This document shows, in pieces, positions 28,094 to 35,920 of a stretch of DNA of 46,108 bases. The notes under the pieces are model-generated. The model did not search any database, was not told the DNA's origin, and saw nothing but the letters and a program-made list of their open reading frames with translations. The stretch lies in IMG/VR virus record IMGVR_UViG_3300037419_001009, positions 1 to 46,108 of that record, one strand, 5' to 3'. Position 1 is the stretch's first letter. Each line of letters begins with the position of its first letter. Source of the stretch: a virus. Taxonomy: Duplodnaviria > Caudoviricetes. The position numbers were made by a program, and so were the translations under genes.

Positions 28094-29547
28094 TCCGACG
28101 CATCCTTTCCTTTCTCGCTTTTCTGGCTTTCGCCAATGCGGCGTTTGCCCAGGCGTGGGGGCCTGACGGGCAGCAGCCACGCAACTGGATCGCTACTCCG
28201 AATAACCCCGCGAACGGGACGGTTGCGGCCGACGCCTACGAACCGGCTGCACCAACAGAGAGCATTGTCGACACCGATTGGTTAGTTCCAGCCAATCTCG
28301 CGAACTACCTGACCAACCCAGGATCGCAGCGCAAGGCTCGCTTCCTCTGCCGGCCGAGCACGGCGCACCAGGTCGATCCTATCTTGGGCCTTGGGCTCAA
28401 CCCATTCGGCCACCGCCACCAGGGCATTGGAAACGCTGGCTGGAACGAAAACAGCACCTTCTCGACATTGCGAGCCAGCCCATCGTCAACATGCGCTGGC
28501 GGGCCGCTTAACGGGACGATCTATTGGGAAGCGGAGCTCCTGAAGGACCTCGCTACAGGCGTCACGGTAGGTATTCCGCCTTACGTTTCGACGTTCTATT
28601 ATCTCAGTAACCTTCGACAAGACCCGATAGAGCTGACGTGGCTCCGCCGCAACTTCGGCTTCATCGGAGGCGCCAACCCTTCTGACTATAACGATACTAC
28701 CCGCCGCAACGAACTCACGGCAGCGGGGATGGTATATTACGGTAGCCCCGAAACGCCCGCCGGGTTCAAAGGATGGCAGTGCTATCGCGGAAGCGACGGT
28801 GCAATCCAGACCGTCACCCGCGTTGCTTCGCAAATGAAGTCCGATACGGGCTCTGCGATCCCCACCTATTCTCGCCACTTACGGGCTCCTGACGGGAGCG
28901 ACCCGTGGGGCGGAACTTGCACGGGATCGGCTGCTCAGCCGGGCTTTATTCTGCTCGAGTTAGAAGCTCCGAACTGTTGGGATGGCCACAATTTACGGTC
29001 TCCAGACGGCCGCGGCCACGTTGCTTATTGGACTCGCACACCTGATAGCGCGCACGTTCGCCTCTGCCCGAATAATTGGGTTAAGGTTCCGCAGCTCACT
29101 GCGAAGGTCGAGTTCCATCACGCCGGGTTCTCAGATTACGGAACATGGTATCTGAGCTCAGATAGGATGAACTCGCCCGGAACGGCGGGGGACCCGACGA
29201 GCCTCGATCCTTGCCGCCAAACCGGGCCTTACTTCTGTAACGGCTCGACTGCTCACTTCGACTGGATTTATGGCTGGAAGCCCTCGATCATCGACACCTG
29301 GCAACGCGAATGTCTCGGTATCTCGGTGCGCGGAGTTGCGCCGACGAACGGGCCGGCAGAGTGTGACAGCGGCACGATCAGTCACGATTATGCCCTCGCC
29401 TCTGGAGGCACCTCTCCTAACTCGTCGCTAACCGGGGGGTGTTCAATCGTTGCCGGCTGCGTCAGCAGCTACACGCCTGGAGACCCTAATCGTTACAACC
29501 CGGTTCCCGCGGGCACCCATGCCACTGGACACTTCTCCAATCATTAA
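28090..29547 (+). CDS. Secreted DUF1996-like protein
   Basis: Signal peptide MIRRILSFLAFLAFANAAFA; 'DPI..G....H.H...GN', 'C......YW', 'PNCWDG.NL.SPD...HVAY', 'HFDW..GW'. Confidence 0.72.
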   Translation: MIRRILSFLAFLAFANAAFAQAWGPDGQQPRNWIATPNNPANGTVAADAYEPAAPTESIVDTDWLVPANLANYLTNPGSQRKARFLCRPSTAHQVDPILGLGLNPFGHRHQGIGNAGWNENSTFSTLRASPSSTCAGGPLNGTIYWEAELLKDLATGVTVGIPPYVSTFYYLSNLRQDPIELTWLRRNFGFIGGANPSDYNDTTRRNELTAAGMVYYGSPETPAGFKGWQCYRGSDGAIQTVTRVASQMKSDTGSAIPTYSRHLRAPDGSDPWGGTCTGSAAQPGFILLELEAPNCWDGHNLRSPDGRGHVAYWTRTPDSAHVRLCPNNWVKVPQLTAKVEFHHAGFSDYGTWYLSSDRMNSPGTAGDPTSLDPCRQTGPYFCNGSTAHFDWIYGWKPSIIDTWQRECLGISVRGVAPTNGPAECDSGTISHDYALASGGTSPNSSLTGGCSIVAGCVSSYTPGDPNRYNPVPAGTHATGHFSNH

Positions 29548-29648
29548 CGGCGGGTATTGCGTCTAAGACTCAACTGTCGTTATGATCGACGGATGCACGG
29601 ACGGACTACCCGAACCGATCTCCACGAGAGCACGCCCGCCTTCTGCGA

Positions 29649-30767
29649 CTATTCCGAACTGCTGCCCAGACCTAGCCTGTTGAGGGCTTTTTGGGCAGCA
29701 GTTAGCCAACTGTTCGCAGGATCAAAGAACTGAGCCCGCAGCGGCTCACAAGCGCCGCATAGTCGCTCGTAAAGTTCCCTATCCCCTGAGATTACACGGA
29801 GCGCATCGACATATTGGTCGATGTTCTCTGGCTCTACCTCGAGGGCGGCCGGGCGGAGGTATTCGAGCGCCGGGCAGACCGCTGAAGTAATTAGGGGCCG
29901 GCCGCTGAGGATGGCTTCAGCACAGGTCATTTCAAAGCCAGCCTCGCAGTCCGCACGTGTCGGGACCAGCGCTACATGCGCCTGGCTGACTGCGGCCTGA
30001 AGGCGGCGGCGATCACAAAAACCCAAAAAGGTGACGTTGGGGGGTGCCAGTTTCCGGGCTTTTTCCAGCGCACCGCCATCCCCGCAGACATCGAACTGGA
30101 ACTCAGGGCAGCGACGGGCAATCTCCAGAACGTCGAAGATACCCTTGTTCTCCTCGATGCGCGCGGCGAATATGATCCGGAATGGCCTCGACCACACCGG
30201 CTTGGCGATCCCCGCGAACTGTTCAGGCTCCCATGTTGGAAGATGCAGGATCACCGCGGCGTCCGTGAGAGTGCGGACCTGACGTTCGATGGCACGGGAC
30301 GTAGCGATTATGACCTTCGCCCGCCTCAGCGCCGCGCGGTTGAGCCGAAGCAAAAGGCGCCACCCGCGGCTTACCCGGCTAGGCCATAACACGGCATGGT
30401 AGGACGGTAAGAACTCGGTCCTTAACGGCAGGAGCGTCCACCAATAATTTTGGTTGCCGGTGAGGAACAACACGTCCGGCTTGAACCGCCACAGCGCCGG
30501 CAGAAGCCTAAGGTGCCACCATATTGTTAGCACATAATGCAGCAGTCCCGAATGGGGCGGTAATGGCCGATTGTCGAATGTTACGTTTCCAAGCGTCTGA
30601 AGAGCCCGCTCGCCGCTCCACGTGAACACTAGAGCCTCATGCTCCTTCGCCAGCTCTAGGAACTGCTTGAGATAATCCGTGCCGAAATAGGCTTGCTCCT
30701 GCCGGCCTAGCCATTGGCGATAGCTTGCCGGCCCATCCGCCGGCCCGGCGAGATACGCGATCCTCAT
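29649..30767 (-). CDS. Glycosyltransferase family 4 (GT-B), moron-like
   Basis: 'FAARIEENKG', 'GDG', 'FLGF', 'EAGFEMTCAEAILSGRPLI'; only substantial minus-strand gene. Confidence 0.85.
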   Translation of the reverse strand: MRIAYLAGPADGPASYRQWLGRQEQAYFGTDYLKQFLELAKEHEALVFTWSGERALQTLGNVTFDNRPLPPHSGLLHYVLTIWWHLRLLPALWRFKPDVLFLTGNQNYWWTLLPLRTEFLPSYHAVLWPSRVSRGWRLLLRLNRAALRRAKVIIATSRAIERQVRTLTDAAVILHLPTWEPEQFAGIAKPVWSRPFRIIFAARIEENKGIFDVLEIARRCPEFQFDVCGDGGALEKARKLAPPNVTFLGFCDRRRLQAAVSQAHVALVPTRADCEAGFEMTCAEAILSGRPLITSAVCPALEYLRPAALEVEPENIDQYVDALRVISGDRELYERLCGACEPLRAQFFDPANSWLTAAQKALNRLGLGSSSE

Positions 30768-30809
30768 GGTCGCCCTCTGTAACCAGCGCGTTTCCCCAAA
30801 GGAACCCCT

Positions 30810-32657
30810 ATGGCCCCCCCGGAAACCCTCGAGGAAATCCTCAAGGGCTCCTTTCTGAAGTTCATCTGGTATGTCTGGACGAGAGTCCTCGACCTACCCG
30901 CCCCCACCCGAACTCAATACGACATCGCCCGCTACCTTGAGGGCGGCCCGAGGCTGCGCTTCATCGCGGCCTTCCGCGGCGTCGGCAAGACCTTCCTCAC
31001 GGGCGCCTATATTGTGTGGCGCCTGTGGCGAGACCCGGACCTCAAGATCGGGGTGGTCTCGGCGAACGAGCGGTTCGCCGCGACGGTCGCCGCCTTTATC
31101 CACACCCTCATCAACGCCGAAGACATCGTCACTCGTGAAGCGGTTCCCTGGGCCGGGCTGAAGGCCCGCGGCACCCAGAAGAACAGCACCATGCAGTTCG
31201 ATGTCGGCCCCGCGAAGCCCTCTAAGGACCCCTCAGTGTGGGCCGCAGGGATCGGCGGGCAGCTCACCGGCGGACGGTCGGACATCCTCCTCTTTGATGA
31301 CGTAGAGGTCCCGAACAACTCGGAGACCGAAGGCCAGCGGGAGAAGCTGGTCGACCGCGTCGGCGAGGCTGCGGCACTCCGCAAGCCGGGAGGCGAGACG
31401 ATCTATCTCGGCACCTTCCAAAGCATGGCGTCGATCTACCGCGGTCTGAAGGCAAAGGGCTACGCGATCCGGCTCTGGCCGGCGCGCTACCCGCTCCGCG
31501 GGAAGATGGAGCTCTATGAGCTCGACCTGGCGCCCATGCTCCAAGCGGACCTCCAGGAGAACCCCGCCCTCGCCGAGCCACGCTACGGCTCGAGCCTCGG
31601 CGGTGCCCCCACGGACCCCGCAAGGTTCGATACGGAGGACCTCATTGAGCGCGAGGTGGAGTGGGGCCTGGCTGGCTTCCAGCTCCAGTTCATGCTCGAC
31701 ACGAGTCTGACCGACCAGGAGAAGTTCCCGCTCAAGACGCGGGACCTGATCGTCACCGACGTCGACCCCAAGATGGCCCCTATCCATATCTCGTGGGGCT
31801 CGAGCGGGAAGCAGATGCTCCGCGATCTCGACAACGTCGGGTTCGACGGGGACCGCTTCTACAGCCCGCTCTACATCTCTGAGGAGTGGAAGCCCTACTC
31901 GGGCTCTCTCATGGAGATCGACCCCTCGGGCTCCGGCACCGACGAGACCGCCTACGCGATCACGCGCTTCCTGAACGGCCGCATCTTCCTGAAGAAGTGG
32001 GGAGGGTTCAAGGACGGCCACTCGGAAGCCACTATGGCCGCCCTAGCGGACCTTGCAGTCTCCTCAGAGGTCTCCCTGATCCGCGTCGAAGCGAACTTCG
32101 GGGACGGTATGTTCTCCCGGCTCCTCGAGACCCACCTCCGCCAGGCGGGCTACAAGGGTTCTGTAGAGGACCATAAGGTCACCGGAATGAAGGAGGCCCG
32201 GATCATCGGGACCCTTCAGCCAGTCCTACAGAACCACCGTTTGGTGGTCGACAGGGCCGTCATCGAGGCGGACCTTGAGGAGATCAAGCTGGCCGGCGAG
32301 CGGAAGCTCGGCAAGTTCGGCCTGATCGAGTTCTCCGGGCTCTACCAGCTCACCCATATGGCTAACCAGAGGGGTGCACTACGGAAGGACGACCGGGTAG
32401 ACGTCCTAACCAACGCGGTTGCTTACTGGCTCGAGTATATGTCCCTGGACTCCGCGAAGGCGGAGGCGGACGAGACCCGGCGCCAGGATGAAGAGTTCGC
32501 CAGATTGGTTAAAGCCACCCAGCTAAAAGGTGCCAAGTTCGTTCCTGATCCGGTGCGGAAACCCCGCGGAGCCGGCCGGGCAACCCCCAGGCACCCCACA
32601 CCAAAGGCCCTGAAGCGGGCGCTGAGAGGCGCCGGAGGGCTCACATGGAGACACTGA
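30810..32657 (+). CDS. terL: Terminase large subunit (gp19-like)
   Basis: 'AFRGVGKTF', 'GQLTGGR.D....DDVEVP.NS', 'IDPSGSG.DET', 'DDR.D'. Confidence 0.96.
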   Translation: MAPPETLEEILKGSFLKFIWYVWTRVLDLPAPTRTQYDIARYLEGGPRLRFIAAFRGVGKTFLTGAYIVWRLWRDPDLKIGVVSANERFAATVAAFIHTLINAEDIVTREAVPWAGLKARGTQKNSTMQFDVGPAKPSKDPSVWAAGIGGQLTGGRSDILLFDDVEVPNNSETEGQREKLVDRVGEAAALRKPGGETIYLGTFQSMASIYRGLKAKGYAIRLWPARYPLRGKMELYELDLAPMLQADLQENPALAEPRYGSSLGGAPTDPARFDTEDLIEREVEWGLAGFQLQFMLDTSLTDQEKFPLKTRDLIVTDVDPKMAPIHISWGSSGKQMLRDLDNVGFDGDRFYSPLYISEEWKPYSGSLMEIDPSGSGTDETAYAITRFLNGRIFLKKWGGFKDGHSEATMAALADLAVSSEVSLIRVEANFGDGMFSRLLETHLRQAGYKGSVEDHKVTGMKEARIIGTLQPVLQNHRLVVDRAVIEADLEEIKLAGERKLGKFGLIEFSGLYQLTHMANQRGALRKDDRVDVLTNAVAYWLEYMSLDSAKAEADETRRQDEEFARLVKATQLKGAKFVPDPVRKPRGAGRATPRHPTPKALKRALRGAGGLTWRH

Positions 32658-32860
32658 TGCACGTCAACCATCCCGTGTTCTTGATCGTCGGTCTGGTCGT
32701 CGGGGCGCTCCTCTTCGGGGCCTACTCGGTTACCAACAACGATGCCACGGGAGAGGAAGGTCTCAGCAACGCAGTCTTTTCGCTGATCCTTCTGGGGGCC
32801 GCTGCGCTTATCGGCGGGGCCTATGCAGTCATTCACTTCCTGCTCTGGATGTTCGGCTGA
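32657..32860 (+). CDS. Small membrane protein
   Basis: Two hydrophobic segments; GGAG RBS before ATG 32657. Confidence 0.55.
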   Translation: MHVNHPVFLIVGLVVGALLFGAYSVTNNDATGEEGLSNAVFSLILLGAAALIGGAYAVIHFLLWMFG

Positions 32861-32873
32861 TGGCTGTGGAAGG

Positions 32874-33098
32874 ATGGGGCGGAGGAAGGTGACCCCCGCC
32901 CTCCACCTCGCCGCCCTCGCTGCTCAGGAGCTCCGCAAGGCCGAGCTCAACGAGCAGTGGGGGCACATGGCGGACCTCATCGCTCTCCTTCAAGGAATGG
33001 GCGCAAGGGTGATGCGGGTCCCGGATACCCAATTCCGCTACCGGGCTGACTATCTAGTGCAGTTCAGGAAGGAGGATGCCCTCCCAGGCACCTTCTAG
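32874..33098 (+). CDS. Hypothetical protein
   Basis: GGAAGG RBS then ATG. Confidence 0.45.
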   Translation: MGRRKVTPALHLAALAAQELRKAELNEQWGHMADLIALLQGMGARVMRVPDTQFRYRADYLVQFRKEDALPGTF

Positions 33099-33099
33099 T

Positions 33100-33222
33100 G
33101 CCCCTAAGGATCACCTAAGGTTTCCCTCAGGTTCCCCTTAGGGGTTCCTTATGTAGTATTCTCCTTACACTACACATATATCTTACCCTATAATGTCTTC
33201 CCTAAGGTTACCCTCGGGTTCC
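33100..33222. repeat. CCTAAGG-type short repeats around an AT-rich patch (T7 SRR/SRL-like genome-end repeats)
   Basis: cctaagg x3, cctcagg, ccttagg, cctcggg clustered downstream of terL. Confidence 0.65.
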
Positions 33223-33248
33223 CCATGATAGTGCGGCACAATGACACA
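33220..33248 (-). promoter_or_regulatory. Leftward copy of the putative phage-RNAP promoter
   Basis: Reverse complement TGTGTCATTGTGCCGCACTATCATGGGGA, one mismatch to 9328-9356. Confidence 0.72.
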
Positions 33249-33505
33249 GGTCTATCGGCCTGGTCGGGAGCCGCAGGCGGGCCTGGTCGCGGACCGGAGG
33301 GGTCCTTAGGGTGGTCTGGAAGGCTGCCGATGGGTATATAAGCCTGCCTGGCTCATTAGTATGCCTCCAGGAGCCCCTCAGACGGCCCTACAGCGCGTTT
33401 TCAGAGGCCTCCGCTACCCTAGTAGCCAAACGCCCCACCCCCTACGCAAATCGCATCCTAGGGGCTCGCCTTGTCAGCGACTCCGGCGCCCATTATGTTC
33501 CGCCC

Positions 33506-33781
33506 ATGCTTGCCCTCGACACCCCCCTCCCCGTCCTGGCGATGGTGGAGGAGACCAAGGAGACCTTTGCGGGCCAGTTGGTGGGCCAGGAGCTCACCAT
33601 CCGGAGCTCTCGAGGGTCCCTTTGCCGCGGCCGACTGAGGCTGGGAGAGATGGGTTATGGGGCAGCCCACTTCGCGTGCTCGGATGGGCGGTATGGGAAC
33701 CTTACGGTGCACATGAGGGGGAGTTTAGGGACCGCTTATGGGACCTTCGACGGCCGGCGGATCACCCTGACGGTCGGTTGA
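33506..33781 (+). CDS. Hypothetical protein (start uncertain)
   Basis: Protein-like C-terminal half with C...CSDGR.G. Confidence 0.45.
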   Translation: MLALDTPLPVLAMVEETKETFAGQLVGQELTIRSSRGSLCRGRLRLGEMGYGAAHFACSDGRYGNLTVHMRGSLGTAYGTFDGRRITLTVG

Positions 33782-33793
33782 GGTTTATGCGCT

Positions 33794-33822
33794 AGTTCGC
33801 ATAAACACGTTTTATGCGTTGT
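33794..33822. other. dif/Xer-like tyrosine-recombinase core site candidate
   Basis: AGTTCGCATAA-ACACGTT-TTATGCGTTGT; inverted CGCATAA/TTATGCG with 7-bp spacer. Confidence 0.4.
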
Positions 33823-34162
33823 TCCCGATAAGCCGGCCTCAAAATGGCTCACAATTCTGAGACCCCATGCGCGGGGTCAAGACTCGCGCGTTCCCCCCAT
33901 AGGGGGCCGGCGTTCCCATAGCGGCCCGCTGGCACAGGCGGGGGGCGCACTAGCGGCCTAGGCGGCGGGTTTCTGCGGAACGTGTGGCACAAACTGTGCC
34001 GGAGGGGCCTGATTGGGGACATGGGCGTGTCCGCAATGGCCGCAATGGGTGTGGCGGGGCGCGGGTGTGTCGTCTCAGCTTTTTTCGTCCTGCCCCTCCA
34101 AGGAACCCATGCGGTGGCCCTATGGTGGCCAGATGCCACCCCTACGGGGTGAAAAATAGTTG

Positions 34163-34191
34163 TTGACTAGGCACGCTAACGAGCCCATAAA
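34163..34191 (+). promoter_or_regulatory. Sigma70-type early promoter with operator in the spacer
   Basis: TTGACT-17 bp-CATAAA; spacer holds GGCACGCTAACGAGCC (34170-34185). Confidence 0.7.
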
Positions 34192-34340
34192 GGTGTTGTT
34201 CCGGATGACCCGACGCAAGGCGAACGGCTCCAGAGCGAACCTTCCAAGGTCTGCCCATAGGTGGAACGCGAAGGGGCAATCAGCGACCGGGCCTAGCGCC
34301 CAACAGCCGCCCTAGACGCTTCCATCGGGTCACTGAGAAA

Positions 34341-34373
34341 GGCACGCAAAGGGGCTTGACACGCTAACGGGTT
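34341..34373 (+). promoter_or_regulatory. Tandem operator-like sites overlapping a TTGACA -35 box
   Basis: GGCACGCAAAGGGGCT (34341-34356), TTGACA (34356-34361), GACACGCTAACGGGTT (34358-34373). Confidence 0.6.
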
Positions 34374-34470
34374 TGAGTCAGAAGGGATGCAAGCGAGGGG
34401 CGGGCAGCCTCTAGAGGTCCGGAATACCGGCTCTATGTATCAGTCCCGCTCTCGTGAGGGAGTAGAAGTG

Positions 34471-34566
34471 ATGGTTCTGCGGACACGCACTCTCATTTTC
34501 GTGGTCCTTTTGTGGGCTGCACTGATGGGGCTGAGTGTTTGGCTGATCCAACACGGATACGCCTAA
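34471..34566 (+). CDS. 31-aa single-TM peptide (not in ORF track)
   Basis: GAGGGAG RBS; MVLRTRTLIFVVLLWAALMGLSVWLIQHGYA. Confidence 0.45.
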   Translation: MVLRTRTLIFVVLLWAALMGLSVWLIQHGYA

Positions 34567-34607
34567 AAGAAAACGAACTAAGGCCGTCGCTCCCTCACGG
34601 TCAATCA

Positions 34608-35140
34608 AAGGGGAGCCTTGCGGAAGTCCTATAAGGAACCATCCGCCGGAGCCGACGCGAGGCTTATGCCTCTATAGACGGGATCACTCGTCCGACCAGC
34701 CGACGCAAGGTGGAGTAGGCCAAGGGCATGGGAGTAGCAGACGTGCGTCGGCGCGGCACTTGAGGCCGCGTTGGGCAGGGCATCCGCAAGTAGGTGAAGC
34801 CTCAGTCGTGCCAAAGGCTCGGCTGCTAAGCGACGCCCGTTCCGTGGCTTTGGCCTTGGGGCGATATGACAAGGGAAACCTAAGGGCGTGCTAGCTGACA
34901 ACTAGAGCGCCCTAGGGTTCCATGAGGGGCGCTCACCGTCTTAGCGGGCGGTGGATATCACGCGCCGGGTCGCTCCCGGACAAACGGACGGACTGAAAGC
35001 TGATGCGTGACCGTCCCGCCCCTCTTGTAACCCCTATTGTTTCCGCGAGGGGCGCTCAAACAGGCACGGGGCGCTAGACCCCAAACGTGGCGAGTAGCGC
35101 GGCAGGGAGAGACACTCCGCCCCTCACGCAAGCAATAGAC
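34608..35140 (+). ncRNA. Candidate large structured RNA / leader
   Basis: No credible ORF; many nested inverted repeats (see findings). Confidence 0.4.
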
Positions 35141-35157
35141 AACCGAAAGGCACGCTA

Positions 35158-35259
35158 ATGAGCCCTGTTCCTGCCCTCATCGACGCACTGTTTTGGTTCC
35201 TGATCGCGGTCGCCATGGCGGCACTCATTGTGCCCGCTTGGGCCGCGTGGCGGGAATAG
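35158..35259 (+). CDS. 33-aa single-TM peptide flanked by two operator-like sites
   Basis: MSPVPALIDALFWFLIAVAMAALIVPAWAAWRE; motifs at 35149-35164 and 35259-35274. Confidence 0.5.
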   Translation: MSPVPALIDALFWFLIAVAMAALIVPAWAAWRE

Positions 35260-35280
35260 GCACGCTAAGGAGCTTGTTCC

Positions 35281-35346
35281 ATGTTCGACGAAGACTTTGA
35301 CCGTTGGGCCGATGACGGGGGCTTTGCGCCTCCGGTGGAGGATTGA
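35281..35346 (+). CDS. 21-aa acidic peptide
   Basis: TAAGGAG RBS; MFDEDFDRWADDGGFAPPVED. Confidence 0.4.
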   Translation: MFDEDFDRWADDGGFAPPVED

Positions 35347-35349
35347 GCC

Positions 35350-35574
35350 ATGCTCTGGCGTCTTAAAGAGGTCGAAGCGGGCGAAGTGCTCCACGATGAG
35401 TTCCTCGACACCGACACTGAACTCGCGGCGGAACGCTACCAAGCCGACCGCTGGAACCGTCTCTATTCCATCGGCGAGCCGCGCGTCTCGAGCCGTCTTT
35501 ACCTACTCGTCAGTTACCGGAAGGCGGGCCGATGGGTGAGCCGCTGGCGTCGTCACCTGACCATGGGGGTTTGA
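35350..35574 (+). CDS. Early hypothetical protein
   Basis: GGAGG RBS, tight gene packing. Confidence 0.6.
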   Translation: MLWRLKEVEAGEVLHDEFLDTDTELAAERYQADRWNRLYSIGEPRVSSRLYLLVSYRKAGRWVSRWRRHLTMGV

Positions 35575-35578
35575 CCAC

Positions 35579-35908
35579 ATGACCGCCCTCATCAACGTCG
35601 GCCTCGCCCTTAACTCGGGAGGCTCTCTGAAGCCTGCTCACGCCCTAGCCGCCCTCAGAGCCATCGGGGGTGCCCAAGTGATCTCCGCTCGGGTCCACCA
35701 ATCAGCCACCGAGCCGACACTCGTCGCCGAGGTGCGCCGCCCGCTGAACGCAACGGCGGCCTATGAGACCGCCCGGTTTCTCCATCAGGACGCCATAGCG
35801 CAATTCGATGGGTCCGATGGGCAGCTTTATGGGCCTAGCTCGGAAGCGTGGGGCGAGTTCGATCCGTCGCAATTCCTGACGCTGGAGGGACAGCGTCTCG
35901 CAGCCTGA
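35579..35908 (+). CDS. Putative SAM lyase (T3 SAMase-like)
   Basis: 'TEPTLV', 'HQDAIA', 'GQLYG' resemble T3 'TEEKTV', 'EQDCVL', 'GLVY'; early gp0.3-like position. Confidence 0.55.
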   Translation: MTALINVGLALNSGGSLKPAHALAALRAIGGAQVISARVHQSATEPTLVAEVRRPLNATAAYETARFLHQDAIAQFDGSDGQLYGPSSEAWGEFDPSQFLTLEGQRLAA

Positions 35909-35920
35909 GGGGTTAGGCTT

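Noticed and set aside
34170-34185. GGCACG motifs as sigma54 promoters
   Set aside because: Spacing is GG-N11-GC rather than N10, and copies occur on sigma70 and phage promoters, which fits an operator better.
34955-35016. Twister or hammerhead ribozyme
   Set aside because: GCCGG...CCGGACAAA looks superficially twister-like, but the loop lacks the twister consensus and there is no CUGAUGA/GAAA hammerhead core; kept only as generic structure.
33100-35140. CRISPR array in the non-coding region
   Set aside because: No regularly spaced repeats with unique spacers.
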